From Gammaproteobacteria bacterium (GTDB lineage: Bacteria > Pseudomonadota > Gammaproteobacteria > CAJXQU01): a DNA stretch of 64,000 bases. Every line of letters begins with the position of its first letter. Position 1 is the stretch's first letter. Positions 28,402 to 39,798 of the stretch are shown piece after piece. The position numbers and the translations under genes are program-made. Location of the stretch: positions 2,016,001 through 2,080,000 of the forward strand of contig CBDEGZ010000003.1 of NCBI GenBank assembly GCA_965238175.1. Direction: 5' to 3'. The notes under the pieces are model-generated. The model was not told where the DNA came from, made no database searches, and saw only the letters and a program-made list of their open reading frames with translations.

Positions 28402-30714
28402 ATGTTAATAGATATAAAGCTAATGCAAAGTATAACAAGAAAAATTAAACCACTGATCTTATTAATTTTAATTTCAACAAACACATGGGCCGTTGAGGAA
28501 TTTATCATTCAAGACATTCGACTCGAAGGTTTAAGCCGAGTATCAGCAGGTAATGTTTTTAACAACATGCCAGTTAAAATTGGTGATAAATTTAATGATC
28601 AGCGATCAAGTGATACAGTAAAAGCATTGTTTAAGAGTGGTTTCTTTAAGGATGTACGTCTAGAGCGAGTAGGCGATGTACTTGTTATTGCCTTGGTAGA
28701 ACGTGAAGCTATTTCTAAGATCATCCTAACAGGTAACGAAGCGATCAAAAAAGATGATCTACTGAATGGTCTTGGAGGTGTAGGTTTTGCTGAAGGTGAA
28801 GTGTTTAATCGTTCTTTGCTAGATAAGGTTGAGCAAGAGTTACATCGGCAGTACTTTGGTTTAGGTCGCTATGGTGCGAAGATTACAACGGAAGTTATTC
28901 CGAAAAAAGATAACCGTGTTGAAGTCGCAATTAATGTTTCTGAGGGAAGAACAGCCAGGATCAAAGAGATCAACATAGTAGGCAACACAGCCTATACCGA
29001 TAAACAGATTTTGAAGAAGTTTACACTCTCAACTCCAACATTGCTTTCGTTTATCACCAAAAAAGATCAATATTCAAAACAAAAGTTAAGTGCTGATTTG
29101 GAAACGATAAAGTCTCTTTATCTTGATAATGGCTTCATTAATTTCAATATAGATTCTACTCAGGTTTCAATAACGCCAGATAAAAGTGATGTCTATATAA
29201 CAATCAACATCAATGAAGGTGATCAATTTAGTGTATCCGATGTGAAACTATCTGGTGAATTGATTGTACCTTCTGAAGATCTTTTCCAAAGTGTGTTGAC
29301 ACACAAAGGAGAGATCTTCTCTCGAAAAGAGGTAACGAAGACCAGTGCCCAGTTAACAGAACGTATTGGTGATGAAGGTTATGCCTTTGCTAATGTGAAT
29401 GCAGTGCCTGAAATTGATAATAAGACAAAGAAAGTTGTCTTAACCTATTTTATTGATCCTGGAAAACGTGTTTATGTTCGACGTATTAACTTTTCTGGAA
29501 ACACAAAAACCAGAGACGAAGTTCTGCGCCGTGAAATGAGGCAAGCTGAAGGTGGTTGGATCTCAACAGAGAAAGTTCAGCGATCAAGAATACGGTTACA
29601 ACGTTTGGGTTTCTTTGAGGCTGTTAATGTCGAAACTCCAGCGGTTGCGGGGACTTCGGATCAGGTGGATGTTAACTATTCTGTTGTTGAGAGATCCTCT
29701 GGAAATTTGTCTCTCGGATTTGGTTTCTCTCAATCTCAAGGATTAATATTTAATACCAATGTTACACAGGATAATTTTTTAGGCAGTGGTAAAAGACTCT
29801 CTTTTAATTTTAATAACAGCGAAGTAAATCGTAGACTTGGAATTGGATACACAAATCCTTACTGGACCATAGACGGTGTTAGCAGAGGTTTTGATGCATT
29901 TTACCGTGAAACTGATGCGGACAATGCAAATGTTACTCGTTTTAATTCAAAGGTATTTGGTACAGGGGTTAATTTTAGTATTCCGGTAACTGAGTCGCAA
30001 AGAATATTTCTTGGTTTGAACTATGAAAATACTGAGTTGGAAACGAATAGCAATTCTTCAAGTGAGGTAACTGATTTTATCGCCCGGGAAGGGGATCGTT
30101 TTGATATATTCAGGTTATCAAGTAGTTTTGCTTATGATACAAGGAATCGAGCAGTCCTTCCTGACCAAGGTGTCCTTCATCAGATAAGAGCAGAAGTTAG
30201 CGCTCCTCTGGGCGATCTACGTTATTATAAACTGAGTTATGATACCAGATGGTTTTACCCTTTGGCTCAAGATTATACTTTGCTGTTGAAAGGTTCACTT
30301 GGCTACGGAGATGGCTATAGTGGGACCGAAGAGTTACCGTTTTTTGAGAATTTTTTTGGTGGTGGTCCTCGTTCCGTACGTGGATTTGAGGAAAATACAT
30401 TAGGGCCTAAAGATACAACAGGACGTGCTATTGGTGGTAATTTGAGGTTGGTAGGAAATGCCGAGTTAATTTTACCCGTACCTTTTATTCCAAAATCAGA
30501 AGCAGTACGATTGACGGGCTTTGTCGATGGCGGTAATGTTTATGATATTTATGATGATGATTTCGATATCGGTGATCTTAGATACTCTGTTGGTGTTTCA
30601 GGAATTTGGGTCTCACCTTTCGGTGTATTATCTGCAAGTATTGCCAAAGCATTAAATGCCGAGGGTGATGATGAAACACAAATTTTCCAGTTTACTTTTG
30701 GAACATCTTTCTGA
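28402..30714 (+). CDS. bamA: Outer membrane assembly factor BamA
   Basis: POTRA domains, VRGF motif, C-terminal FQFTFGTSF. Confidence 0.97.
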   Translation: MLIDIKLMQSITRKIKPLILLILISTNTWAVEEFIIQDIRLEGLSRVSAGNVFNNMPVKIGDKFNDQRSSDTVKALFKSGFFKDVRLERVGDVLVIALVEREAISKIILTGNEAIKKDDLLNGLGGVGFAEGEVFNRSLLDKVEQELHRQYFGLGRYGAKITTEVIPKKDNRVEVAINVSEGRTARIKEINIVGNTAYTDKQILKKFTLSTPTLLSFITKKDQYSKQKLSADLETIKSLYLDNGFINFNIDSTQVSITPDKSDVYITININEGDQFSVSDVKLSGELIVPSEDLFQSVLTHKGEIFSRKEVTKTSAQLTERIGDEGYAFANVNAVPEIDNKTKKVVLTYFIDPGKRVYVRRINFSGNTKTRDEVLRREMRQAEGGWISTEKVQRSRIRLQRLGFFEAVNVETPAVAGTSDQVDVNYSVVERSSGNLSLGFGFSQSQGLIFNTNVTQDNFLGSGKRLSFNFNNSEVNRRLGIGYTNPYWTIDGVSRGFDAFYRETDADNANVTRFNSKVFGTGVNFSIPVTESQRIFLGLNYENTELETNSNSSSEVTDFIAREGDRFDIFRLSSSFAYDTRNRAVLPDQGVLHQIRAEVSAPLGDLRYYKLSYDTRWFYPLAQDYTLLLKGSLGYGDGYSGTEELPFFENFFGGGPRSVRGFEENTLGPKDTTGRAIGGNLRLVGNAELILPVPFIPKSEAVRLTGFVDGGNVYDIYDDDFDIGDLRYSVGVSGIWVSPFGVLSASIAKALNAEGDDETQIFQFTFGTSF

Positions 30715-30755
30715 ACGAATTTAATTTATTTTTTTGAAAACTTAGGAGTCGCATT

Positions 30756-31277
30756 TTGAAGATACAAACTATATCCAAATTGCTTGCCGTTGCATACATG
30801 GCTATTTTGATCAACCCAACTGCTGTTATGGCAGAAAATTATAAGATTGGTGTAGTGAACGCAGTTAAAGTACTAGAATCCGCGCCACAAGCAGCACTGG
30901 CAAAAAAGCGTCTTGAGAAGGAGTTTTCTGCACGAGATAAGAAGCTGGTTGCAACGCAAAAGTCTATTAAGCAAAAAGAAGATAAACTTTCTAAAGAAGG
31001 TGCGATTATGAGTGATCCCGAGCGAAAAAAGCTGGAGCGTGATACGTTATCTGCCAGAAGAGAATTAAAACGAGATCAAGATGAATTTCGTGATGATTTG
31101 AACTTTCGACGTAATGAGGAGTTTGGAAAGATTCAAAGCAAGATTGTTCAAGCGATACAAAAAATCGCGAAAAATGAAAAATATGATTTGATTATCGGGG
31201 AAGGGGTAATTTTTGCAAGTCCTAAAGTGGATATTACTAACAAGGTAATTGGTCTATTGAAGAAAGGTAAAAAATAA
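30756..31277 (+). CDS. skp: Periplasmic chaperone Skp/OmpH
   Basis: Signal peptide, KIGVVN, coiled coil, YDLI...DIT; position after bamA. Confidence 0.93.
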   Translation: MKIQTISKLLAVAYMAILINPTAVMAENYKIGVVNAVKVLESAPQAALAKKRLEKEFSARDKKLVATQKSIKQKEDKLSKEGAIMSDPERKKLERDTLSARRELKRDQDEFRDDLNFRRNEEFGKIQSKIVQAIQKIAKNEKYDLIIGEGVIFASPKVDITNKVIGLLKKGKK

Positions 31278-31292
31278 TAACAAAGGTAGGTA

Positions 31293-32303
31293 GTGTTATC
31301 GCTTGTGGTGACTCTCGGACAGCTTGCAGCTTATATAGGAGGTGAACTTTCTAGCATAGAGGGAGAAGGAAGTATGCCTGATCTAATAATAAATCAGGTA
31401 GCAACCCTTGATAGTGCTCAAGAAGGCCATATTGCTTTTTTATTTGATAGAAAGTATCGAAAATTCCTAAAGATAACTCGTGCTTCGGCAGTTGTTCTAC
31501 AAAAAGAATATCTTGCGGATTGTGATATTCCAGGAATAGTGACCACTGATCCATATCTAGCTTATGCAAAAATAGCGAATTTATTAAACAGACCTGCTGA
31601 GGTAAAAGGTACAACACACACCTCGGCAGTTATTAGTAAAAAATCTAAGGTAGATCCGAGTGCCGAAATTGGCCCTAATGTCGTTATTGAAGATAACGTA
31701 GTGATAGGTTCTAAAGTATTGCTAGGTCCGGGTTGTGTCGTTCAGGAAGGTGCTGTCATTGGTGATTATTCTCGGCTCATGGCAAATGTTTCGATTTGCC
31801 ATCGCGTATCCGTTGGTAAGAGAGTTTTAATCCATCCTGGGGCTGTTATCGGCGCTGATGGGTTTGGATTAGCGCGAGACAATGGGATCTGGTTAAAAAT
31901 CCCACAAATCGGTAGTGTTTCCATAGGTGATGATGTGGAAATTGGAGCGAATACTTCAATTGATCGTGGTGCCATGAAAGATACTATTATTGAAATGGGT
32001 GTCAAGATAGATAATCAGGTACAAATTGCACACAATGTCCATATTGGCGAAAATACGGCTATTGCTGGTTGTGTAGGAATTGCTGGAAGTGCCAGGATTG
32101 GTAAACGTTGTATGATAGGTGGTGGTGCTGGGATTGTTGGACATATTGAGATAGCGGATGATGTGATAATCCGAGCGATGAGTATGGTGACTAAATCAAT
32201 AAAAGAGTCAGGTGATTACTCTTCTGCATGGCCGGCTAGAGAAGCTAAAGCTTGGCGAAAAACGGTTGCTAAAGTTCATCGGTTAGAGAAGACTAAAAAA
32301 TAA
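31293..32303 (+). CDS. lpxD: UDP-3-O-acylglucosamine N-acyltransferase
   Basis: Hexapeptide repeats, GADGFG, IDRGA, KIDNQVQIAHN. Confidence 0.96.
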   Translation: MLSLVVTLGQLAAYIGGELSSIEGEGSMPDLIINQVATLDSAQEGHIAFLFDRKYRKFLKITRASAVVLQKEYLADCDIPGIVTTDPYLAYAKIANLLNRPAEVKGTTHTSAVISKKSKVDPSAEIGPNVVIEDNVVIGSKVLLGPGCVVQEGAVIGDYSRLMANVSICHRVSVGKRVLIHPGAVIGADGFGLARDNGIWLKIPQIGSVSIGDDVEIGANTSIDRGAMKDTIIEMGVKIDNQVQIAHNVHIGENTAIAGCVGIAGSARIGKRCMIGGGAGIVGHIEIADDVIIRAMSMVTKSIKESGDYSSAWPAREAKAWRKTVAKVHRLEKTKK

Positions 32304-32355
32304 TTGCCTATACATATTCAAGTTATAGGCTGAATAAAAACAAAAGGTTTTCACT

Positions 32356-32808
32356 ATGGAATCAGGAATGGATATTAACGAAATCAAGACTTTGCTTCCG
32401 CATCGTTACCCAATGCTGTTAATAGATAGAGTATTAGATTGCGTACCTGACAAATCGTTGATCGGAATCAAAAATGTAACTATCAACGAACCTTTTTTTT
32501 CTGGACATTTCCCTAACAAACCTATTATGCCAGGAGTGTTAATTCTTGAAGCATTAGCACAAGCAACAGGTGTCTTGGCTTTTTATTCGCTAAATAAGCA
32601 ATTAACCAACAATACACTTTATTATCTTGTAGGCATAGATAAGGCTCGGTTTAAACAGCCTGTTGAACCTGGCGATCAATTACGCTTGGAAATAACACAG
32701 ACACGAGAAATTAAAGGCATCTATAGGTTCGATGCTGTAGCTAAAGTTGAAGGTAAGGTTGTTGTGACCGCAGAAATAATGACGGCTAAGCAGGAAGTGG
32801 ATCCTTGA
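32356..32808 (+). CDS. fabZ: 3-hydroxyacyl-ACP dehydratase
   Basis: [27 protein letters not shown]. Confidence 0.97.
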   Translation: MESGMDINEIKTLLPHRYPMLLIDRVLDCVPDKSLIGIKNVTINEPFFSGHFPNKPIMPGVLILEALAQATGVLAFYSLNKQLTNNTLYYLVGIDKARFKQPVEPGDQLRLEITQTREIKGIYRFDAVAKVEGKVVVTAEIMTAKQEVDP

Positions 32809-33578
32809 TAGATCCAGATGCAAGAATATCGCAAGACGCGGTGATTGCAGAAGGAGTTACTATAGGTGCGGGATCCATAATTGGTGCTGATGTGGAAATA
32901 GAAACAGGCACTAAAATTGGTTCTCACGTCATTATAAATGGCCCAACAAAGATCGGCAAAGATAATAAAATCTACCAATTTGCTTCCATTGGTGAAGACC
33001 CTCAAGATAAAAAGTTCCACGGAGAGACGGATTCAAGACTGGAAATAGGCGAACGTAATACCATCCGGGAATTTTGTACTTTTAATAGAGGTACGAAAGA
33101 TGGTGGAGGTGTGACGAAGATTGCAGATGATAACTGGATAATGGCGTATGTACACATTGCACATGATTGCCTGGTAGGAAACAATACTGTCTTTGCTAAT
33201 GGAACAACACTTGCGGGACATGTGGAAATTGGAGACTACGCTATTCTTGGCGGAAGCACGATGGTACACCAATTCTGTAAAATTGGATCTCATACAATCA
33301 CCCGTTTTTCAACGGGTACATCAAAAGATATTCCACCGTATATGGTTGCTGCCTGGGATCCTGCAAAACCAAAAGGCATTAACAGAGAAGGTCTAAAACG
33401 TCGTGGGTTTTCGAGTGAAACAATAGAGTCATTGCGTCAGGCATTCAAGATAATTTATCGTAATAACCTGACTATCAAAGATGCTTGTGCGCGTATAGAA
33501 GATATGATCGAAGATTGTCCTGAGATTGCTTTATTACAATCCTTTATCGCCAATAGTGAAAGAGGCATTATCCGCTGA
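32805..33578 (+). CDS. lpxA: UDP-GlcNAc acyltransferase
   Basis: [23 protein letters not shown]. Confidence 0.97.
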   Translation: MIDPDARISQDAVIAEGVTIGAGSIIGADVEIETGTKIGSHVIINGPTKIGKDNKIYQFASIGEDPQDKKFHGETDSRLEIGERNTIREFCTFNRGTKDGGGVTKIADDNWIMAYVHIAHDCLVGNNTVFANGTTLAGHVEIGDYAILGGSTMVHQFCKIGSHTITRFSTGTSKDIPPYMVAAWDPAKPKGINREGLKRRGFSSETIESLRQAFKIIYRNNLTIKDACARIEDMIEDCPEIALLQSFIANSERGIIR

Positions 33579-33600
33579 AAGTTCAGTTTTATAATCAATC

Positions 33601-34734
33601 ATGAAGATAGGTATTGTTGCCGGAGAAATATCCGGGGATGACCTTGGAGCAGGATTGATTAAAGCGATCAAATCAAGATACCCAGATGCTGAATTTATTG
33701 GCGTCGCTGGCCCTGCTATGTTGAATGCAGGATGCAAGAGCTTATTTCCGATAGATAAGCTTTCTGTAATGGGTTTAATAGAAGTTTTGCGGCATTACCG
33801 TGAACTCCATGGTATTCGCACTCAATTGATCCAATATTTTATTGAGAATCCCCCGGATGTCTTTATTGGAATTGATTATCCTGGATTTAATATTGGTCTT
33901 GAATCTAAACTCAAAGAAAATGGAATCAAAACGGTTCATTATGTATGCCCTCAGGTATGGGCTTGGAGAGAAGGACGCTTACCGAAAATAGCAAAAGCAG
34001 TTGATCTGATACTTGCAATTCTGCCATTCGAAGAAGATTACTTAAAAAAGCATCAAATTCCTGTTCGATTTATTGGCCACAATCTTGCTGACGAAATTCC
34101 TGATCGTGTTGAGCAAAATGGAATAAGAGAAAAATGGTCGATACCTGAAAATAAAAAAGTCATTGCATTGATGCCCGGAAGCCGAGCAAAAGAGTGGCAT
34201 TATCATATGGATGTTTTTATCGACACCGCAAAATGGTGCTTGGATAAACGATCAGATCTACACTTTATTGCGGTGATGGTTAATCAGAAGGCAGAAAATT
34301 TGTTTGTAGCTCAATTACAAGACTCAGCTCCTGATTTACCGGTGACTTTTATTCAGAATAATTCATTTGATTCAATCGCAGCTTCAGACGCGGTGCTTTG
34401 TGTTTCAGGTACGGCAGCGCTTGAGATTATGTTACTTAAGCGACCCATGGTTGTTGCTTATAGAATGGCGTTTATAAGTTACCACATATTTAAAAGATTG
34501 ATCAAAACAGCTTATATATCCCTTCCCAACTTGCTTAGTAAAGAACAATTGGTGCCGGAATACATACAAGATCAAGTGACTGTAGAAAATTTGGGTTTTG
34601 AATTAATGAAGTTCTTAGAACAACCAGAGGAACTTGCTGTATTACAAGCAAAGTTTCAGATGATACATGATCAACTACGTTGTAATGCCAGCGAACAGGC
34701 TGCAGATGCTATTCTGGCACTTTGTGAAAAATGA
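33601..34734 (+). CDS. lpxB: Lipid A disaccharide synthase
   Basis: AGEISGD, PQVWAWR, PGSR, SGTA. Confidence 0.96.
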   Translation: MKIGIVAGEISGDDLGAGLIKAIKSRYPDAEFIGVAGPAMLNAGCKSLFPIDKLSVMGLIEVLRHYRELHGIRTQLIQYFIENPPDVFIGIDYPGFNIGLESKLKENGIKTVHYVCPQVWAWREGRLPKIAKAVDLILAILPFEEDYLKKHQIPVRFIGHNLADEIPDRVEQNGIREKWSIPENKKVIALMPGSRAKEWHYHMDVFIDTAKWCLDKRSDLHFIAVMVNQKAENLFVAQLQDSAPDLPVTFIQNNSFDSIAASDAVLCVSGTAALEIMLLKRPMVVAYRMAFISYHIFKRLIKTAYISLPNLLSKEQLVPEYIQDQVTVENLGFELMKFLEQPEELAVLQAKFQMIHDQLRCNASEQAADAILALCEK

Positions 34735-35297
34735 TTATTGCTGGCGTTGATGAGGTGGGGCGAGGGCCGTTATTTGGATCGGTTGTTACTGCTGCCGTTA
34801 TTCTGCCAGATGGGGTTTCAATTTCAGGCTTGGCCGACTCAAAAAAATTATCGGAAAAACGTCGTGAATTACTTTATGAGGTAATTACAAAAGAGGCGTG
34901 TTGCTGGGCAATTGGGCAGGCTAGCGCTGAAGAAATCGATCAGATAAATATATTGCAAGCGACAATGTTGGCCATGCGTCGAGCCGTGGAAGCACTAGCG
35001 ATAAAGCCAGATCATGTACAAGTGGATGGAAACCGTTGTCCAGCAATTGATCATATCTGTACAGTAGAGGCGATAATAAAGGGTGATGGTACTATTCCTG
35101 TGATCAGTGCCGCATCAATAATTGCTAAGGTAACGCGTGATCGTCAGATGCTTGCAATGGACGAGAAATTTCCCGAATATGGTTTTGCAAAACACAAAGG
35201 GTATCCAACGCGCGAGCACTTGGCGGCACTTGCCAAATATGGTGTTCTTGACGAACACCGTAAATCATTTGGTCCAGTTAGAAAACTACAACAATGA
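34731..35297 (+). CDS. rnhB: Ribonuclease HII
   Basis: [26 protein letters not shown]. Confidence 0.97.
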   Translation: MIIAGVDEVGRGPLFGSVVTAAVILPDGVSISGLADSKKLSEKRRELLYEVITKEACCWAIGQASAEEIDQINILQATMLAMRRAVEALAIKPDHVQVDGNRCPAIDHICTVEAIIKGDGTIPVISAASIIAKVTRDRQMLAMDEKFPEYGFAKHKGYPTREHLAALAKYGVLDEHRKSFGPVRKLQQ

Positions 35298-35316
35298 ATT
35301 TTTGCCTGATGATGTC

Positions 35317-38300
35317 ATGACTCAATTTATTCATCTTAATATACACACCGAGTATTCTGTCGTTGATGGTTTGGTTAGTGTTAAACCATTGATCAGCAAA
35401 ATGGTTGAGATGAAGTTGCCCGCTGTGGCGATTACGGACAGAAATAATCTCTACGCGACCATCAAGCTTTATCATGCAGCACAATCCGCCGGAATAAAAC
35501 CAATAATTGGTGCAGAGTTATTACTCGCACCATCAGAGCCTGATAATGAGCCGACTAATTTTGTGGTGCTCTGTCAGAACCATGAAGGTTATAAAAATCT
35601 TTCCCGCTTGATTACAAAAGCTCATCTTGAAGGACAAGATACAGGAGTTCCAGTTACAAAATGGGATTGGCTTAAGATCTACTCGCAAGGTTTAATCATT
35701 CTTTCGGGTGCTGATCAGGGTGAAATTGGCCAGTTGCTCACTTCAGGAAATTTATCAGAAGCAGGTGAGCGTTGCAGAGCATGGAAAGAATTGTTCGGTG
35801 ATAGATTCTATCTGGAATTACAGCGAATCGGTAAACCTGACGAAGACAATTTGATTGAAGATACTCTTGATCTAGCTGTCGAATTTGCAATACCAGTGGT
35901 AGCGACTAATGCAGCAAGGTTTCTTGAAACAGAAACTTTTGAGTCTCACGAAGCGCGAGTCTGTATCCATGATGGGCGAACATTAGATGATCCGAGGAGA
36001 TCAAAAAAGTATACACAGCAGCAATATATTCGATCATCAGAAGAAATGATCGAACTGTTTAAAGATATTCCAGAAGCAATTGAAAATACTGGATTAATAG
36101 CACAGCGCTGCAATATCGAATTTACCTCAGGTATCTATCATTTACCCGATTTCCCAGTGCCGGAAGCTGTGACGATAGATGATTGGTTGCGCCAATCTAG
36201 TCGAGAAGGGTTGGAAAAACGATTAGCTATTTTACTGGATCCGCAATCAGACGGTTTTTCTGATCAAAGAAAAGTGTACGACGAACGTCTTGAGCGAGAA
36301 CTCGGCGTCATTATACAGATGGGCTTTCCCGGATACTTTTTGATCGTTGCTGATTTTATTCAGTGGGCGAAGGACAATGCGATCCCTGTCGGGCCAGGAC
36401 GTGGATCGGGTGCGGGTTCTCTGGTTGCGTATTCATTAGGGATCACAGATTTAGATCCGCTCGAATATGATCTTTTATTTGAGCGTTTTTTAAATCCAGA
36501 ACGTGTTTCGATGCCAGATTTTGATATCGACTTCTGTATGGATCGCCGGGATGAAGTGATCGACTATGTTGCAAGAAAATATGGCCGCGATCATGTTTCT
36601 CAGATCATTACTCATGGAACCATGGCTGCTAAAGCTGTGGTCCGAGACTGTGGTCGAGTTTTAGGTTTTCCATATGGTTTTGTTGATCAAATTTCAAAAC
36701 TGATCCCTTTTGAATTGAAGATGACGCTGGAAAAAGCGCTTAAACAAGAAGAAGTTTTGCGCGAACGTTATGAACAGGAAGAAGACGTTCAAACTTTGAT
36801 AGATCTTGCGCTTAAGCTTGAGGGAACAGTAAGAAATGTAGGTAAACATGCAGGAGGAGTGGTGATCGCACCTTCGGCAATGTCCGATTTTGTGCCACTT
36901 TATTGTGAACCGGATAACCCAAGTGTCGTCTGTCAATTTGATATGAACGATGTTGAATCGATAGGCTTGGTGAAATTCGATTTCTTAGGCCTGAGAACCT
37001 TGACGATTATCGACTGGGCGGTTCGCGATGCAAATATTCAACGGGCGGAAATGAATGAGCCTCCCATTGATATTACTCAATTGCCACTTGATGATGAGAA
37101 AACCTATCAGCTGTTTGCCCAGGCAAATACGATGGCTATTTTTCAGTTTGAATCTCGGGGTATGCGCGACATGCTTAAGAGTGCAAAACCGGATCGTTTT
37201 GAAGATATTATCGCCCTGGTTTCTTTATACCGCCCTGGGCCGATGGAGTTGATCCCGGATTTTGTAGATCGAAAATACGGCAAAAAATTTGAATATTTAC
37301 ACCCATTTCTCGAACCCATCCAACGTTCAACGTACGGGATTATGGTCTACCAGGAACAAGTTATGCAGGCTGCGCAAGAATGCGCTGGTTTCACGCTTGG
37401 AGGTGCTGATCTATTACGTCGCGCTATGGGTAAAAAGAAAGCTGAAGAGATGGCAAAACAGCGCACCTTGTTTGTGGAAGGTGCTAGTAAGAAAGGGATA
37501 GAAGAGAACAAAGCTAATGAAATTTTCGATTATATGGAGAAATTTGCTGGCTATGGTTTCAACAAATCTCATGCTGCAGCTTATGCATTAGTTGCCTATC
37601 AAACTGCCTGGTTAAAGACTTATTATCCTGCGGCCTTTATGGCGGCGGTATTATCCTCAGATATGGATAATACCGATAAAGTGGTTGGCTTTATTGATGA
37701 ATGTAGGCATATGAGTGTCGAGGTGGTTTCGCCAGATGTCAATGTTTGTCAATCTAAGTTTACTGTACAGGATGAGAAAACCATCCGTTATGGACTTGGC
37801 GCCATTAAAGGTGTTGGTGAGTCTGCTATTGATGATCTGTCAGAGGAGCGGGCTGAAAATGGCAGGTTTACTGATTTATTTGATCTTTGCCGAAGAATGG
37901 ATACGCGCAAAGTTAATCGTCGGGTACTTGAGGCGTTAATTAAAACGGGTGCTTTAGATGAGCTAGGTCCTGGCCGAAGTTCAATGATGGCTTCATTGGA
38001 CAGTGCTCTAAAGATGGCCGATCAACATTCCAAAAACAAGTCTGCTGGCCAAAACGACATGTTTGGTTTAATGGCAAATGCTGAAGATACAATCTCAAAC
38101 AGTTCTTTTACCTTAGTTAAAGACTGGACGGAGGAAGAGGTTTTATTTGCTGAGAAGGCCACCCTTGGGCTCTACCTATCTGGACATCCTATTGATCGTT
38201 ATGAGAATGAACTGAACAAGTTGATCAGCTATCGACTCAGTGATCTCAAACCTGGTACGCGTCGCGTTGCAGGTTTAATTATAGGAATTCGTGTGATCAA

Positions 38301-38760
38301 TGCGCGCCGAGGTAGAATGGCAATAGTAACGCTTGATGACAAAACCGGGCGTGTTGATATTGTTGTCTATACAGAAGTGCTTGAGGAATATGGTGAGTTT
38401 TTGCTCAAAGATAGAATTATTGTGGTGGAAGGTGAATGTCGTGAAGATAATTACAGTGATGGTTTTTCTATTGTTGCAGAGCAAATCGCAGATATTGAAA
38501 AATCACGCGCAAATTATGCCCGACAACTAGTGATCAAAATCGATCAATCTGAATTAGACTTGAATGGTTTAATACCTGAGCTACAAGAAATCCTTTCACC
38601 TTATAAAAATGGTGCATGTCGGATCATGTTAGATTTTCAGCGTAAAGAAGCCGCAACGCGCATGTGTCTGGGTAAAGATTGGCGTGTGCAACTGCCGGAT
38701 AAGTTAATCGAACAACTAAAAGACAGGCTAGGCGAAGGTCATGTTAACGTTGAGTATTAA
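35317..38760 (+). CDS. dnaE: DNA polymerase III alpha subunit
   Basis: PHP HTEYS, GPGRGSGAGS, MPDFDIDF, YGFNKSH; likely start ATG 35317; no intein seen. Confidence 0.98.
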   Translation: MTQFIHLNIHTEYSVVDGLVSVKPLISKMVEMKLPAVAITDRNNLYATIKLYHAAQSAGIKPIIGAELLLAPSEPDNEPTNFVVLCQNHEGYKNLSRLITKAHLEGQDTGVPVTKWDWLKIYSQGLIILSGADQGEIGQLLTSGNLSEAGERCRAWKELFGDRFYLELQRIGKPDEDNLIEDTLDLAVEFAIPVVATNAARFLETETFESHEARVCIHDGRTLDDPRRSKKYTQQQYIRSSEEMIELFKDIPEAIENTGLIAQRCNIEFTSGIYHLPDFPVPEAVTIDDWLRQSSREGLEKRLAILLDPQSDGFSDQRKVYDERLERELGVIIQMGFPGYFLIVADFIQWAKDNAIPVGPGRGSGAGSLVAYSLGITDLDPLEYDLLFERFLNPERVSMPDFDIDFCMDRRDEVIDYVARKYGRDHVSQIITHGTMAAKAVVRDCGRVLGFPYGFVDQISKLIPFELKMTLEKALKQEEVLRERYEQEEDVQTLIDLALKLEGTVRNVGKHAGGVVIAPSAMSDFVPLYCEPDNPSVVCQFDMNDVESIGLVKFDFLGLRTLTIIDWAVRDANIQRAEMNEPPIDITQLPLDDEKTYQLFAQANTMAIFQFESRGMRDMLKSAKPDRFEDIIALVSLYRPGPMELIPDFVDRKYGKKFEYLHPFLEPIQRSTYGIMVYQEQVMQAAQECAGFTLGGADLLRRAMGKKKAEEMAKQRTLFVEGASKKGIEENKANEIFDYMEKFAGYGFNKSHAAAYALVAYQTAWLKTYYPAAFMAAVLSSDMDNTDKVVGFIDECRHMSVEVVSPDVNVCQSKFTVQDEKTIRYGLGAIKGVGESAIDDLSEERAENGRFTDLFDLCRRMDTRKVNRRVLEALIKTGALDELGPGRSSMMASLDSALKMADQHSKNKSAGQNDMFGLMANAEDTISNSSFTLVKDWTEEEVLFAEKATLGLYLSGHPIDRYENELNKLISYRLSDLKPGTRRVAGLIIGIRVINARRGRMAIVTLDDKTGRVDIVVYTEVLEEYGEFLLKDRIIVVEGECREDNYSDGFSIVAEQIADIEKSRANYARQLVIKIDQSELDLNGLIPELQEILSPYKNGACRIMLDFQRKEAATRMCLGKDWRVQLPDKLIEQLKDRLGEGHVNVEY

Positions 38761-38835
38761 CACCATAAATATATCCTCGTCAATACAGCTCATGATAGAA
38801 TCTGGGATCAATAACTATAAGAGAATAAGGAAGGC

Positions 38836-39795
38836 ATGGCTTTGAATTTTTTAGATTTTGAACAACCAATTGCAGATCTCGAAGCGAAAATCGAGGAATT
38901 ACGCTTTCTTGGTGATGATACTGAAATTGATATTAATGAAGAGATCGGCCGACTAAAAGTTCGCTCCAGAGATCTAACAGAATCTATTTTTTCCAATCTG
39001 AATGCTGTACAGATCTCTAAGCTCGCACGCCATCCAAAACGGCCTTATACGCTGGATTATATTGAACATATATTTACTGATTTTATTGAGTTGCATGGTG
39101 ATCGCCAGTATGCCGATGACGCAGCGCTAGTGTGTGGTATGGCAAAATTGGATGGGCAACCGGTTGTAATTATCGGTCATCAAAAGGGTCGTAACACCAA
39201 AGAAAACATTCATCGTAATTTCGGTATGCCGCGACCAGAAGGTTATCGAAAAGCACTGCGTGTTATGAAGTTAGCGGAAAAATTTAATCTTCCACTTTTA
39301 ACTTTTATCGATACACCGGGAGCGTATCCTGGCATTGGAGCAGAAGAGCGAGGACAGAGCGAAGCCATTGCTAGAAATTTATTTGTTATGTCGCGTTTAA
39401 AAACGCCGATTATTTCAACGATCATTGGTGAAGGTGGTTCTGGAGGGGCTCTAGCCATTGGTGTTCCTGATAAATCATTAATGTTGGAATACAGTACCTA
39501 CTCTGTTATTTCGCCGGAAGGTTGCGCTAGCATCCTCTGGAAGAGTGCAGATAAGGCGGAACAAGCCGCTGAAGCCATGGGTATCACCTCTAGACGTTTA
39601 AGTGAACTTGAGCTCGTTGATGAGGTTGTGAAAGAGCCTCCAGGTGGTGCTCATAGAGATGTTACAGGCGCGGCAGCTAATCTAAAAGAACTGCTTTTGA
39701 CAACCTTATCTGAATTAATGCCTGTTAATAAAGATGAACTTCTTGCAGCACGTTATCAGAAAGTTATTCAAGCAGGACATTTTGTTACGAACTAG
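38836..39795 (+). CDS. accA: Acetyl-CoA carboxylase carboxyltransferase alpha
   Basis: [25 protein letters not shown]. Confidence 0.98.
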   Translation: MALNFLDFEQPIADLEAKIEELRFLGDDTEIDINEEIGRLKVRSRDLTESIFSNLNAVQISKLARHPKRPYTLDYIEHIFTDFIELHGDRQYADDAALVCGMAKLDGQPVVIIGHQKGRNTKENIHRNFGMPRPEGYRKALRVMKLAEKFNLPLLTFIDTPGAYPGIGAEERGQSEAIARNLFVMSRLKTPIISTIIGEGGSGGALAIGVPDKSLMLEYSTYSVISPEGCASILWKSADKAEQAAEAMGITSRRLSELELVDEVVKEPPGGAHRDVTGAAANLKELLLTTLSELMPVNKDELLAARYQKVIQAGHFVTN

Positions 39796-39798
39796 CCG

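Noticed and set aside
35137-35316. N-terminal extension of DnaE
   Set aside because: Overlaps rnhB; the PHP domain starts at ATG 35317
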